From contig CAWAGQ010000013.1 of the NCBI GenBank assembly GCA_963781585.1, positions 64,001 to 128,000 of the forward strand: 64,000 nt of DNA, given 5' to 3'. The stretch comes from an uncultured Gemmatimonadaceae bacterium. GTDB taxonomy: Bacteria; Gemmatimonadota; Gemmatimonadetes; Gemmatimonadales; Gemmatimonadaceae. The position numbers were made by a program, and so were the translations under genes. The stretch's first letter is position 1. Each line of letters begins with the position of its first letter. Positions 33,188 to 44,518 of this stretch are shown piece after piece. Under the pieces are notes generated by a model. It was not told the DNA's origin. It did not search any database and saw only the letters and a program-made list of their open reading frames with translations.

Positions 33188-34684
33188 CTATCTTGCCGCC
33201 GCGCGTACGCGACCGAGTGCGAGGAGCAGCGCGCGTGCCTTGTTTTCCGTTTCCTCCCATTCCCGGACCGGATCGGAGTCGGCGACAATTCCGGCGCCCG
33301 CCTGGATGGACGCGATTCCCCCCGCAATGACGCAGGTCCGAATCGTGATCGCGAGGTCCATACGCGCGTCGCCCGATGCGACGTAGCCGACGGCGCCTGC
33401 ATACGGACCGCGACGCTCCGGCTCGAGTTCGTCGATGATCTGCATGGCCCGCACCTTCGGCGCCCCGGTCATGGTGCCGGCGGGAAACGACGCCCGCAGG
33501 GCGTCGAGTGCCGAGAGCCCTTCGCGCAGCTCGCCCTCAACCTGGCTCACGATGTGGAGTACGTGGGAATACCGCTCGACGATCATCAGGTCGGTCACGC
33601 GCACCGTACCGAACCGCGCGATGCGTCCCACGTCGTTGCGGCCGAGGTCCACGAGCATCAGGTGCTCGGCGCGCTCCTTCTCGTCGGCGAGCAACTCGGC
33701 CGCCAGACCGTCGTCCGCCTCGGGGGTGGCACCGCGGGGCCGGGTGCCGGCGATGGGACGGAGGGTAACGCGCCCATCCGAGACGCGTACCAACAGCTCG
33801 GGAGAAGAGCCGACCAGCTCGACGCCATCGAGGACCAGGTGGTACATGTAGGGCGATGGATTGACCGCTCGCAGGGCGCGGTACAGCGACGTCGAATCGA
33901 AGTCGTGCGGCAACTCGATTCGCCGGGCCAGCAGGGCCTGGAAGCAGTCGCCGGCAAAGATGTACTCGCGGATCCGCTCGACGTCGCGCACGAAACGATC
34001 ACGCGGGTAGGTCGACCGGCCGGCCGCCGGAGGCGTGGCCGGGTCGAGGCGGAGCGGCGGCAGAGACGACGGCGCCTGGAGCCGGCGCTCCAGGCTGTCG
34101 ATCTCCAGCACCGCGGCATCGTAGCGGGAGCGGAGATCGGCGTTAGGCGTGCCGGGCGGAACGGGTACCGCCACCACGATTCGACCCTGGCCCCGCAGGT
34201 TATCGATGATGACCAGCGCGCGGGTGAACACGAACAGGGCGTCGGGCACGTCGAGGGCGCGCGCCGGCGCATGCGGCAGCTTCTCGAGGCTGCGCACCAC
34301 GTCGTAGCCGAAGTATCCCACGGCGCCGCTCCAGAACGCGCCCAGTTCCGGGACCTCGGCCGGGCGCTCCTCGCGCAATCGCCGCTGCAGGTCGCCGATC
34401 GGGTCAGCGGTGGGACGCGATTTCTGCCAGCCCCGGTCCGGGGTCCACTCGTCCACCACGTCATCGCGCCAGCGCCACGCGGCGCGGGGTTCGGTGCCCA
34501 GAAAGGTGTACCGCGCCCACGTCTCGCCGCCGGCCGGGGCCGATTCCAGCAGGAACGCGAACGGCGGACGCCGCAATTTGGCAAACACCGCCACGGGCGT
34601 ATCGGTGTCGAGCAGCACGTCACGCCACACCGGAACGAGCGTGCCCTGCCGGGCGAGCGCGCTGAACCGTTCGAACGTGATCAC
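33188..34684 (-). CDS. trpE: Anthranilate synthase component I
   Basis: LLES, NPSPY, GSSPE, PIAGT, KERAEH.MLVDLGRND, FPAGT; GTG start inferred. Confidence 0.93.
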   Translation of the reverse strand: MITFERFSALARQGTLVPVWRDVLLDTDTPVAVFAKLRRPPFAFLLESAPAGGETWARYTFLGTEPRAAWRWRDDVVDEWTPDRGWQKSRPTADPIGDLQRRLREERPAEVPELGAFWSGAVGYFGYDVVRSLEKLPHAPARALDVPDALFVFTRALVIIDNLRGQGRIVVAVPVPPGTPNADLRSRYDAAVLEIDSLERRLQAPSSLPPLRLDPATPPAAGRSTYPRDRFVRDVERIREYIFAGDCFQALLARRIELPHDFDSTSLYRALRAVNPSPYMYHLVLDGVELVGSSPELLVRVSDGRVTLRPIAGTRPRGATPEADDGLAAELLADEKERAEHLMLVDLGRNDVGRIARFGTVRVTDLMIVERYSHVLHIVSQVEGELREGLSALDALRASFPAGTMTGAPKVRAMQIIDELEPERRGPYAGAVGYVASGDARMDLAITIRTCVIAGGIASIQAGAGIVADSDPVREWEETENKARALLLALGRVRAAAR

Positions 34685-34732
34685 GTCACGCTCGCTTGTT
34701 CGCGCGAGGCCGGACTTCGATATTCGCGAAGC

Positions 34733-36838
34733 ATGGATCGACTCCTCAGGGCAAGAGCCCGATCGAGCCGGGCTGCGACGGTGACCATCGTGGCGACGCT
34801 GATCCTGCCCGCGCTCGGATCGCCGGAAGCGGCGAACGCCCAGTCCTGGAACGACGCGCGCACCCGCGCGCTCGTGACCCTCGCCACCGAGCGACGCGCG
34901 CTGCAACTTGCCGACACCGGGCTCGCCGCCTACGCCGCCACGGCGCACGGCTACCTGACGTTCCTGGCGCAGCTTGGCGAAGGCTTTCCCGATCCGCCCA
35001 AGGTGGTGAAGGCCGACGAGATCGCGCTGGAAGTCTATTGGCGCGCGCCGAACTACAGCAAGCAGGTGATTGTGGGGCGCCGGGACACCCTGGTGCTCCC
35101 CACGGATATCCAGTACCACCGCGATCACCTCGGAATCGTCCAGAACAACTTTCCGGATTTCATCCGGTTGGGAGAAGGGGACGAAGTCCGCGACGTGCCC
35201 CATCCGCTGTCCGCGACGGGCGGAACGGTCTACGATTTCGCCATCAGTGATTCACTCCGGATCGGCATTCCCGGGCGCACCATCGAGGTCTACGAGGTGA
35301 AGTTTCGTCCTCGTGACGACCGTATGTCGGCGGCGGTGGGCGCGGTGTATCTGGCGCGGGAAGACGCCCAGGTCGTTCGCATGGCGTTCTCGTTCACCCG
35401 TGCGGCACTGATCGATCACGAGCTGGAGGACGTATCGATCGTCCTGGAGAACGCGCTTATCGAAGGGCGCTTCTGGCTGCCCCGTCGCCAGGAGATCGAG
35501 ATCCGCCGCACTGGCACCTGGCTCGATTTTCCGGCGCGCGGCATCATCCGCGGCAGGTGGGAGATCTGCTGCTACCGGGTCAATCAGGCGCAGCCCGCGG
35601 CGTTCTTCGCCGGCCCTGAGATCGTGGTCGCCCCGCCGGCGGTCGTTGAGGCGCACCGATGGGAGGGCGCCATCCTCGACTCGCTGCCGACCGACGTTGG
35701 GGTCGCGAGCGAACAGGAGGTCCGGCGCGTCCAGGCCGAGGCGCGCGCGCTGGTGAGCTCGGCTGCGCTGGCGCGCAGCCGGCGGACATCGGTCAGCGCC
35801 CCGCGGCTGTCCGACATCGGCCATGTGGCCCGTGCTGAAGGACTGTCGTTAGGCTTCGGAGTCCGGCGGCGCCTCGGCGCCGGCCTCGATGCCGCCGTCC
35901 TGGCGCGGTTTGGCGTCGGCGATCACGAGCCGAAAGGCAGTCTCGAGGCGGGCTGGCGCAACGGCGCCGGCGATGCCGTTCGCCTGCGCGTGTTTCGCGA
36001 ATACCGGGACGCCGGCGACGAGGCGGAGACGTCGGGGATTCGGAACAGCCTCGCCGCGCAGGAGTTCGGAAGCGACTACTCCGATCCCTTCGACGCGCGC
36101 GGCGCCGAGCTGGTGCTGGAGCGACGGGGACGGACGAACGGGCGCTGGCGAGCGACGCTGGGTTACGAGTGGCACGACTCGGTACGAGTCATGGCGCATC
36201 CCACATTCGGCGCATTCCAACCGGTTCTCCCGGTTGTGAACGCCAGCGGCCCACGGTTGGCCCTGGCGTACGAGAACACCGCGATCGCATGGCCGGCCGG
36301 GCTCTCGGCGCGGGCACGGGTGGACCTCCGCTCGGGGCTCACAAGGTCCCGCGGCTATGAATCGTCCGTCTACTCCCGCGCCTTCGCCGACGTCGAGATC
36401 GAGCGCAAGTTCGGGGAACGACGGCTCGTGTTCCGGGCCCTCGGCGGTGCGGCCGGGAGCGATCGATCGCTTCCGGTGGAGGAGAATCTGTTCGCGGGCG
36501 GGCCGCTGACCGCTCCGGGGTACGAGTTTCATCAGTTCGGATCTTCGCGCCTCGTCGCCTTTCACGCCGAGTGGCAGGTCCCTGTGCCGTTTCCAACCAT
36601 CCCGCTCGGTCGGTGGGGCCGAATCCCGGGACGCGCTTCGATCGTCCCTCTTGGGAGCCTCCTCGGGACCGGACGCCCCGCCGCGCCGCGATTCCTCCGC
36701 GCCGGATGGTACCCGTCTCTCGGACTCGGGCTGCAAACCCTTTTTGACCTGCTGCGATTCGATGTCGCGCGAGGACTTCGCGATGGTCGATGGACGTTCA
36801 GTGTCGACGTGGCTCGGGACTTCTGGCGCATCATGTAG
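34733..36838 (+). CDS. Large exported/outer-membrane protein with probable C-terminal beta-barrel
   Basis: Signal peptide ending ANA-Q; amphipathic beta-strands at the C-terminus (LRFDVARG..WTFSVDV). Confidence 0.65.
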   Translation: MDRLLRARARSSRAATVTIVATLILPALGSPEAANAQSWNDARTRALVTLATERRALQLADTGLAAYAATAHGYLTFLAQLGEGFPDPPKVVKADEIALEVYWRAPNYSKQVIVGRRDTLVLPTDIQYHRDHLGIVQNNFPDFIRLGEGDEVRDVPHPLSATGGTVYDFAISDSLRIGIPGRTIEVYEVKFRPRDDRMSAAVGAVYLAREDAQVVRMAFSFTRAALIDHELEDVSIVLENALIEGRFWLPRRQEIEIRRTGTWLDFPARGIIRGRWEICCYRVNQAQPAAFFAGPEIVVAPPAVVEAHRWEGAILDSLPTDVGVASEQEVRRVQAEARALVSSAALARSRRTSVSAPRLSDIGHVARAEGLSLGFGVRRRLGAGLDAAVLARFGVGDHEPKGSLEAGWRNGAGDAVRLRVFREYRDAGDEAETSGIRNSLAAQEFGSDYSDPFDARGAELVLERRGRTNGRWRATLGYEWHDSVRVMAHPTFGAFQPVLPVVNASGPRLALAYENTAIAWPAGLSARARVDLRSGLTRSRGYESSVYSRAFADVEIERKFGERRLVFRALGGAAGSDRSLPVEENLFAGGPLTAPGYEFHQFGSSRLVAFHAEWQVPVPFPTIPLGRWGRIPGRASIVPLGSLLGTGRPAAPRFLRAGWYPSLGLGLQTLFDLLRFDVARGLRDGRWTFSVDVARDFWRIM

Positions 36839-36951
36839 GCAGGCCCACCGGTTAACGGGCGCAGCGCACGCGCCGAAACTATGAAAGCCCAACCGTCCGC
36901 GTTAGCTTCGACCAATCCCCCCTCTCAATCCGCGCGAGCGACTGAAACGAG

Positions 36952-39189
36952 ATGACCGAGCGCTCCATCCGAGATGACTGGCTCCTTCCGACGCTTCAGG
37001 CGTTGATCGATGCCCAGTCGCTCTCCCACTTGAAGCAGCAGGCAAGGGAGAGTCTCTGGGACGCCGCCATCCGACACGGCCTCGTGACCGATGGCGACAT
37101 TCTCGCTGCCTTGTCGGCACGCTTTCGCATGCCAATCGCCGACCTGACGTCCATCACCAGCGAAGCAAAGTCTGTCGTGCCCGAGTCGCTCGCGCGCAAG
37201 TACCGCATCGTGCCCTTGCGCGTCTCCGATTCCGCACTCGACATCGCCACTGCCGATCCGCACGATCTGGATTGCGAGCGCACGCTCGGCTTTGCGACCG
37301 GACGCACCATTCGCATGCACCTCGCCTCGCCGAGCCAGCTCAGCGAGCGCATCGACGACCTCTACCGTCCCGACAACGCGGTTGAAAAACTGCTCGAAGG
37401 GATGACGCAGTACGACGTGCAGTCGATGCTCGACGAAGACGTCCCCGACGAAATGGATGTCTCCGCAAGCAAGGCGTCCGAGCGGCCGATCATCCGACTG
37501 GTCGACCACATCATCGCCGAAGGGATCCAGCAGCGAGCCTCGGACATCCACCTCGAGTCGCAGGAAGGAGGCGCGGTCGTCACCTATCGCATCGACGGTG
37601 TGCTCCGGCAGGCGATGCAGCTGCCCAGGGCCGTCGGCATTCCGCTGGTGTCGCGGGTGAAGATCATGTCGGGGCTGGACATTGCGGACCGACTCCGGCC
37701 GCAGGATGGTCGCGCGCGGGTTTCTGTAAACGGCGCACGCGTGGATCTGCGCGTGTCGACCCTTCCGGCGTCGAACGGTGAGAAGGTCGTCATCCGAATT
37801 CTCGACAGCCGTTCCACCGTCCTCTCCCTCGAGGGCCTGGGCCTGGGCGAAAAGGAACTGGCGCGGGTGCTGCACCTGGTCAATCTGCGCGAGGGAATCA
37901 TCCTGGTGACGGGCCCGACGGGTTCGGGGAAGACGACCTCGCTGTATTCCGCGCTCCGGACGATTCAGGCCCGCGGCGTCAACATCGTCACGGTCGAGGA
38001 TCCCGTTGAGTACAAACTCACCGGCGTGGTGCAGGTGCAGGTGAATGAGAAGGCAGGCCTGACGTTTGCGGCCGCGTTGCGCTCGATCCTTCGACAGGAC
38101 CCCGACGTGGTGCTCGTCGGAGAGATCCGCGACCACGAGACAGCCACAATCGCGACTCAGGCTTCGCTGACCGGCCACCTCGTCCTCTCCACCCTCCACA
38201 CCATCGATGCCGCAAGCGCCGTGGCGCGCCTCATCGACATCGGCGTCGAGCCGTTCAAGATCGCGGCAGCGCTCAAGGGCGTGGTGGCGCAACGCCTGCT
38301 GCGGCGGCTGTGCACGCACTGCAAGATCCCCGCGACCGAGTCCGTTCCGGAGCGACTGCAGCGGTGGATTCCGGAGGGATCCCAGATCTTCAAGGCGGTG
38401 GGCTGCGCGGAATGCAGTAACATGGGCTACCGCGGCCGGATGGCGGTGATGGAGGTCATGATCAGCGACAGCGAGGTCGAGCGCCGCATCGCGGCGGCCG
38501 ATTCCACCGATGCGATCGCCGAAGCAGCGCGCGATGGTGGTATGCGAACCCTGTGGGAATCGGGGGTGGAGCAGGTGTTGTCGGGCACCACCGACATCGA
38601 AGAACTGCTACGCGTGGTGGAGCCTCCCCTCGAAAGCGTGGAAGAGCGCGATCGCAACGGACGACTGTCTGCGGCTCCGGCGGCCGCACCGCGGACGCGC
38701 ACTCCGGCTCCGGCGCCGGCCGTCGTGCGAACCGCAACTCCCCGTGCGGGTCAGTCGTTCCTGCCCGCTGAAGTGCTGGAGCTGGTGGACGACTCAGCGC
38801 ACGGCCCAACGACCAAAGGACCTCGCCACACCGTCCTGCTGGTCGAAGACGAAGAGCCGCTGCGGCTCGTCCTGCGCGATCTGCTCGAACGGGAGGGCTA
38901 CACGATTGTCGAAGCGAGCGACGGTATCCAGGCGCTCGATGAGATCGACCGGAGCGCCCCCGACGCGATCGTGCTTGACCTGAACCTGCCGAGATTGGAT
39001 GGGTATGGCGTACTCAGCCATATACGTGCGCGCGCCGCGACGTCGTCTCTCCCCGTACTCGTCCTGACGGCCAGGGCAGACGAGGACAACGAGGTGCGGG
39101 TATTCGAGATCGGCGCAAACGACTTCATCACCAAGCCGTTCCGTCCGCGGGCACTGAGCGCGCGGCTGAAGGCCCTCATCAAGAAGTAG
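36952..39189 (+). CDS. PilB/GspE-family ATPase fused to a C-terminal receiver domain
   Basis: ASDIHLE, PQDGR, GPTGSGKT, VEDPVE, LRQDPD, GHLVLSTLH, CxxC..CxxC; REC (LVEDE, DLNLP, KPF). Confidence 0.92.
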   Translation: MTERSIRDDWLLPTLQALIDAQSLSHLKQQARESLWDAAIRHGLVTDGDILAALSARFRMPIADLTSITSEAKSVVPESLARKYRIVPLRVSDSALDIATADPHDLDCERTLGFATGRTIRMHLASPSQLSERIDDLYRPDNAVEKLLEGMTQYDVQSMLDEDVPDEMDVSASKASERPIIRLVDHIIAEGIQQRASDIHLESQEGGAVVTYRIDGVLRQAMQLPRAVGIPLVSRVKIMSGLDIADRLRPQDGRARVSVNGARVDLRVSTLPASNGEKVVIRILDSRSTVLSLEGLGLGEKELARVLHLVNLREGIILVTGPTGSGKTTSLYSALRTIQARGVNIVTVEDPVEYKLTGVVQVQVNEKAGLTFAAALRSILRQDPDVVLVGEIRDHETATIATQASLTGHLVLSTLHTIDAASAVARLIDIGVEPFKIAAALKGVVAQRLLRRLCTHCKIPATESVPERLQRWIPEGSQIFKAVGCAECSNMGYRGRMAVMEVMISDSEVERRIAAADSTDAIAEAARDGGMRTLWESGVEQVLSGTTDIEELLRVVEPPLESVEERDRNGRLSAAPAAAPRTRTPAPAPAVVRTATPRAGQSFLPAEVLELVDDSAHGPTTKGPRHTVLLVEDEEPLRLVLRDLLEREGYTIVEASDGIQALDEIDRSAPDAIVLDLNLPRLDGYGVLSHIRARAATSSLPVLVLTARADEDNEVRVFEIGANDFITKPFRPRALSARLKALIKK

Positions 39190-39260
39190 CGCTTGCATCG
39201 GGAGCACCGATGGAGAATGGGAGCACCGCATAGGTGCTCCCATGTACCGGTGGAGCACGA

Positions 39261-39725
39261 ATGACCGAACTTTCCGTTGGATCGGTAGACGTTTTCGTTT
39301 TGGATGGGACCGGAGATGCGATCAAGGTTCTCATCCTGCGACGGGCTCGCGGCACCCGATGCACCGGAGCGTGGGAAGCGGTCCACGGCCGTATGCAGGG
39401 GCGGGAGCGGCCTGAAGAGACTGCCTTGCGTGAACTGCGCGAGGAAACGGGGCTGGAGACAACTCGGCTGTACAACGTCACCTGTCAGCCCTTTTACCTG
39501 CACCGTGAGCAGACGGTGCTCGTGGCGGTGGTGTTTGCTGCTTTCGTCCGGTCCGAGGCTCCCATCGCGCTCAGCGCCGAACACGACCAGGCGGAGTGGG
39601 TCAGCGTGGCGGAGGCCCTCCGGCGCCTCTCATGGCCCCGCTCGGCCGCGGCGCTCCGCGACGCCGTGGCACTGGTCGGCACAGGCACGGCGGGCGCTGT
39701 CGAGGACGTGCTGCGGGTAGTATAG
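39261..39725 (+). CDS. NUDIX hydrolase
   Basis: G..GRERPEETALRELREETGL Nudix box, SAEHD. Confidence 0.88.
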   Translation: MTELSVGSVDVFVLDGTGDAIKVLILRRARGTRCTGAWEAVHGRMQGRERPEETALRELREETGLETTRLYNVTCQPFYLHREQTVLVAVVFAAFVRSEAPIALSAEHDQAEWVSVAEALRRLSWPRSAAALRDAVALVGTGTAGAVEDVLRVV

Positions 39726-39732
39726 GCTCCCG

Positions 39733-40575
39733 CTAGTCCCGGCTTCCGCGATCGCGACTGGGCGAAAGCACGTCGTCGAGTGCCGGTGCGTTCGGCTTTA
39801 CCCGGACGCTCTTCGCGGGAACGCCCACGTTGACGTGGTACGGGCGCACGTCCTTGGTCGCCACGGCACATGCGCCCACCATCCCCTGCACCCCCACGCG
39901 CACTCCCGCGAGCACAGTCGCGTGGTAGGTGATCCGCACGCCGTCCTCGAGAACAGTGGCGGCGTCTGTCACCTCCTTCTGATCCACGATGCTGTGGGTG
40001 TGACTGTAGATGTTCGCATAGTCGCTCACCGAGACACCGTTCCCGAGCACCAGGCCGCCACGGTCATCGAGCAGAACATGGCGATGCACGACGACGTCGT
40101 CGCCGATCTCGAGGTTGTAGCCGAACGAGAACTCCACATGCTGAAAGCACTTGAAGTTCGCACCACAGCGCTTGAAGACGTGGGGCGCCAGCGTGCGGCG
40201 GAATTCCACCCCCAGCTCCACGTTCTGACCGCCAGCCGGAAGACGGTCGAACGAATACCACAGCCAGAGGAGCGGCTTGACGCGCCGGAACTTTTCGTCG
40301 TCGCATTCGGCGTAATATTCGGGCTCCAGCGTGACGTTACGGGGGTCGAGCGCTGACAACGCCAACCTCGTGCCCAGCGGCAACGCGTTGTCCGACACGG
40401 CGCTCTCCCAGTCGCCAGCGAACTGCGGATACGCCAGCTCGCAGAGGGTCTCGCGGCAGAGGCGCGCGCGGTCACAGTTCACGTCGCGCAGCGCTTCGGC
40501 GAGCCGATCGAGCCACTGCCCGGCAACCGGCTGCTCCGTACGTGAGGTAAGAGCTCGTAGGGGACGCCAGACCAT
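39733..40575 (-). CDS. Hexapeptide-repeat acyltransferase
   Basis: LEIGDDVVVH, VLGNGVSVSD, VLEDGVRIT, VATKDV..VGVPAK. Confidence 0.85.
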   Translation of the reverse strand: MVWRPLRALTSRTEQPVAGQWLDRLAEALRDVNCDRARLCRETLCELAYPQFAGDWESAVSDNALPLGTRLALSALDPRNVTLEPEYYAECDDEKFRRVKPLLWLWYSFDRLPAGGQNVELGVEFRRTLAPHVFKRCGANFKCFQHVEFSFGYNLEIGDDVVVHRHVLLDDRGGLVLGNGVSVSDYANIYSHTHSIVDQKEVTDAATVLEDGVRITYHATVLAGVRVGVQGMVGACAVATKDVRPYHVNVGVPAKSVRVKPNAPALDDVLSPSRDRGSRD

Positions 40576-40648
40576 GATTCGGCTCCTGTTATTGCCTTCG
40601 TTCACCCTGCCGAGCACCACACACGGCGATGCGGCGGGCAACCGCGAC

Positions 40649-41309
40649 TCATTGCGGCTGGGGGTTCTTCCTGATTCCCACTCGCGACCGGACGAGGGCG
40701 CGCTCGCGCTCGATGCGTGCCAGCGCGTTGGACCAATCGCTGTTGCGCGCGGTTTCGTACTGCACGGTCAGCGGCTGGTTCACGTCGATTTCGGGGTCGA
40801 ACACGTACAGTGCGCTCTTCCGCTCCCGTTGCCGCAGTCGCTGCTCCCCGAAGCCTGCCGACAATGGGAGAATCTCGAAGTGGTCGAAAGTCCTGCCCGA
40901 CGCTCGTAACGATGAATTCCATCGGGCTGAAGCGCGTGTCGCCCTGCTCGAGTCCGAAGTACTGGACGTACCACAGGCTGAATGCATTCAGCCCGGTGCG
41001 CCGCGCAACCGCGTCGAGCTCGGCTTTCCGGCTCGCCACAATATCTCGCAGGGCGCGATAGCTGTCGGGCGAAAGCACGCGGATCACGGTCTCGTCGAGC
41101 GGGATCGCACGCACCTGCAGGCCGAGCACCTGCAGGTTGATAGCGATGTCCTCCTGATGCAGGGAGCCGTACCCGGCCGGCACGAGGAACCGGGAAGAGT
41201 CGCTCGATGCGGGCGATGGCGTTTGCGTCGCCGAGGTACCCGTGCCCGCGCAGGCCGCCAGCAGCACGGGCGCCAGCGCTCTGCCGGCGCGGGTCAAGTG
41301 GCTCGCCAC
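40649..41309 (-). pseudogene. Lipoprotein gene split by a 1-nt frameshift near 40878 (or a sequencing error)
   Basis: Lipobox LAAC; protein-like sequence runs to ..GQDFRP in one frame and continues EILPLSAGFGEQRL..PQ* in another. Confidence 0.65.
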
Positions 41310-41926
41310 GCCGGTTGCTCCACCAGGTGCATGATTGCCGCGGCGAGATCGTCGCGCCCGCGTCCGGTCTGCGCGCTCACGGCAAGGACCTGTTCCGGGC
41401 TCAGATCCAGTGCCGTGACAATCTCGCCCACGCGCGCCTCCGCAGCCTGAGGGCGAAACTTGTCGATCTTGGTGATAGCCACGAGGGTCGGAACGCCCAT
41501 CTGTGCGAGGAACTCGAGCATATCCCGGTCATCGACACCGGGCTCGCGCCTCGCGTCGAGGAGGAGGACGATGCCTCGCAGCTGGGACGATTCCCTGAGA
41601 TACGCTTCAATCAGCGGGCGCCATTCGGCGCGCCGCTCCTTCGACACGCGAGCGTATCCGTAGCCGGGCAGGTCGACGAAGACGAACGCGTTGTTGACCC
41701 GGAAGAAGTTGATCTCCCGTGTGCGACCGGGCGTGCGGCTGACGCGGGCGAATGCGCGTCGGCGCACGAGCGTATTCAGGAGAGACGACTTGCCGACGTT
41801 CGAACGACCGGCGAACGCGATCTCGGGAAGCGATGTCGCGGGCTTCCAGCCGCCGGCGCTGGCGGCCCCGCCGAGGAATTCCAGCTCCCGTACCACCAAC
41901 GGATCCCGCATTCCCACGGGGGACAT
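41294..41926 (-). CDS. engB: Ribosome biogenesis GTPase YihA/EngB
   Basis: GRSNVGKSS, TPGRT, DLPGYGY, TKID. Confidence 0.96.
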   Translation of the reverse strand: MSPVGMRDPLVVRELEFLGGAASAGGWKPATSLPEIAFAGRSNVGKSSLLNTLVRRRAFARVSRTPGRTREINFFRVNNAFVFVDLPGYGYARVSKERRAEWRPLIEAYLRESSQLRGIVLLLDARREPGVDDRDMLEFLAQMGVPTLVAITKIDKFRPQAAEARVGEIVTALDLSPEQVLAVSAQTGRGRDDLAAAIMHLVEQPAWRAT

Positions 41927-44352
41927 CAGTGTGACAGCGGGAGTGAGGCCCGTGTCGCAGCGTGTCGAGGGCGGACCGCCTCGCGAAAGGCCAGGGACAG
42001 CACTTCATCCATCGTGCGGACCGGGTGGAATCGCATGGTCGCACGAACGTCAGCCGGCAACTCCTCGATCTCTCGGACGTTCGACGCCGGAATGACGACC
42101 TCATGGATGCGGGCGCGGAGCGCCGCTACCGCCTTTTCCTTGAGGCCACCAATCGCAAGCACCCTGCCGCGGAGGGTGATCTCGCCGGTCATGGCCACAT
42201 CGCCGCGGACGGGCGTCCCGGTCAGTGCCGAAATAATTGCGGTTGCGATGGCGATACCGGCGGACGGGCCGTCCTTGGGCGTGGCGCCTGCCGGAATGTG
42301 GACGTGGAGGTCGCGACTGCGATGAAAATCGACCTCCACACCCAGGTGGCGCGCGCGCGACCGAATATAGCTGAGCGCAGCAGTGGCCGATTCCTTCATC
42401 ACGTCCCCAAGCGTGCCCGTGAGGTGGAGTTTTCCTCGACCCGGCACCGCGCTCACCTCGATCTCGAGCACCTCGCCGCCCGTTGACGTGTACGCAAGAC
42501 CCGACGCGACCCCCACCTTGTCATCCAGCGTCCCTTCGTCGGGATCGTAAGGCGCCACGCCGAGAAGTGCGCGCAGGTCGGCGGTGCCTATCTGCACGGG
42601 CGATCGCTCGCCGCGCCGCGCGGGCCCTTCGACATCATCGTCAATTCGGAGACGCTCGGTCTCGCGGCGCGCGACTTTTCGCGCGAGCCGCGCAAGCCGC
42701 CGCTCGAGCTCGCGTACGCCAGCCTCCCGGGTGTACTGGCGCACGATGGTCGGAAGAACGTCGGAGTCGAGCGTGACGTGGTCCCTTGCCAGCCCCGCCC
42801 GTTCCAGTTGCCGCGGCACGAGGAACTGTCGGGCAATGGCGTACTTCTCATGATCCAGATATCCCGGCAGACGCAGCGTCTCCATCCGGTCGCGCAACGG
42901 ATCGGGAATGTTGGCCAGCGAGTTCGCCGTGGTGAGGAACAGCACGCCCGACAGGTCGTAATCGACTTCCAGATAGTGATCGCTGAACGCGCGATTCTGT
43001 TCCGGATCCAGCACTTCGAGCAGCGCCGCCGATGGATCGCCGCGATAGTCCTGGCCCAGCTTGTCTATCTCATCCAGAAGCAGCACCGGATTGACCACCT
43101 CGGCGCGGCGCATCGCCTGAATGATGCGACCCGGTTGGGCGCCCACATACGTTCGGCGGTGCCCACGGATCTCGGCCTCATCTCGCACACCGCCAAGCGA
43201 CATGCGCACGAATCGACGGCCGAGCGCGCGGGCAATCGACTTTCCCAGCGAGGTCTTTCCGGTTCCGGGAGGGCCGACGAGACAGAGAATCGGGCCCTCG
43301 AGGCGCCCGACCATTGCGAGCACCGCAATGTGATCGAGAATCCGGTCCTTGGCTTCCTCCAGACCATAGTGGTCTTCGTCGAGCACGCGGCTGGCGTGGG
43401 CCACGTCCAAGACGTCATCGGTGCGTTCCGTCCAGGGCAGGGCAAGCAGCCAGTCAACATAGTTGCGACTGACCGTCGACTCCGGTGACATCGGCGACAT
43501 CCGTCGCATCTTCCGGACTTCACGCTCGATGCGCGTGCGTACCGATTCCGGCAGTCCCTTGGCGGCAAGTTGCGCGTCGAGCTCCTGCAGGTCGTCGCTC
43601 TCCTCCTGGCCGAGCTCCCGGTTGATCGCCTTGAGCTGCTCCTGGAGATAGAACTCGCGCTGGTTGCGGAAGAGTGACCCGCGAACGTCCTCGTCGATCT
43701 TGCGCTCGAGGCGAAGGATCTCGATTTCCGCCGCCATCAGTTCGGACAGCGCACCGAGGAGTTCCACCAGCGTCGGCGCTTCGAGCAATCGTTGGCGGAC
43801 ATCGTGCCGCACCGCCAGATGAACGGCGATGGCGCACGCCATCCGCTCTTCCGTGGCCGACGCCTGGGCCAGAGCCACCACTTCGGCAGGAAGCCGGCGC
43901 TGCAGCGCCACGTATTCCTCGAATCGCGACAGCACCTGGCGCGCCCGTGCTCGCTCGTCCGAAGAGGGCGCGCCGGCGCTGAGGGGCGCGGGCGCGATGG
44001 CGGCGCGCAGATGTCCGTGAGACTGCGAGTAGCGCGTGATACGGATACGCCCCAGCGCTTCCACCAGGACCCGGGTGGCGCCGGAGGGTAGCCTCGTGAG
44101 CTGTCGCACGCGGGCCACCACCCCCATGCGATGGAGGTCCGCTGCCGCGGGCTCCGCCGTTTCCGCGTTCCGCTGTGCTACGAGTACCAGCAGTTTGTCG
44201 TCGTCTGGTGCGGCGTCGATCGCCGCAAGCGACGCGTCCCGGCCCACCAGCAATGGCATCACGACGTAAGGAAACACCACCACGTCGCGAAGCGGCACTA
44301 CGGGCAGTCGGTTCGGGACGACGAACGATTCGGAGTCGCGGGTGAGAAGCAC
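41926..44352 (-). CDS. lon: ATP-dependent Lon protease
   Basis: [39 protein letters not shown]. Confidence 0.98.
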   Translation of the reverse strand: MLLTRDSESFVVPNRLPVVPLRDVVVFPYVVMPLLVGRDASLAAIDAAPDDDKLLVLVAQRNAETAEPAAADLHRMGVVARVRQLTRLPSGATRVLVEALGRIRITRYSQSHGHLRAAIAPAPLSAGAPSSDERARARQVLSRFEEYVALQRRLPAEVVALAQASATEERMACAIAVHLAVRHDVRQRLLEAPTLVELLGALSELMAAEIEILRLERKIDEDVRGSLFRNQREFYLQEQLKAINRELGQEESDDLQELDAQLAAKGLPESVRTRIEREVRKMRRMSPMSPESTVSRNYVDWLLALPWTERTDDVLDVAHASRVLDEDHYGLEEAKDRILDHIAVLAMVGRLEGPILCLVGPPGTGKTSLGKSIARALGRRFVRMSLGGVRDEAEIRGHRRTYVGAQPGRIIQAMRRAEVVNPVLLLDEIDKLGQDYRGDPSAALLEVLDPEQNRAFSDHYLEVDYDLSGVLFLTTANSLANIPDPLRDRMETLRLPGYLDHEKYAIARQFLVPRQLERAGLARDHVTLDSDVLPTIVRQYTREAGVRELERRLARLARKVARRETERLRIDDDVEGPARRGERSPVQIGTADLRALLGVAPYDPDEGTLDDKVGVASGLAYTSTGGEVLEIEVSAVPGRGKLHLTGTLGDVMKESATAALSYIRSRARHLGVEVDFHRSRDLHVHIPAGATPKDGPSAGIAIATAIISALTGTPVRGDVAMTGEITLRGRVLAIGGLKEKAVAALRARIHEVVIPASNVREIEELPADVRATMRFHPVRTMDEVLSLAFREAVRPRHAATRASLPLSH

Positions 44353-44518
44353 AGCGTGGGGTCAGGGGCCTGCAGCCAGGAACAGCGCGGGAGGCCGGAG
44401 GCAAAGGGCCAAAGGCAACGCCTGGGACCAGCGAAAACCTAAGCGTCCGAACAGCGACTCGCTGCCTCGGACGCCTGCGTGGCCGGATTCTTCCGCGCTC
44501 TCCGGCGAAGATGCGCTG

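Noticed and set aside
32483..34732. N-terminal part of the 1451-aa ORF
   Set aside because: Antisense shadow of trpE and the cyclase; the real gene starts near 34733.
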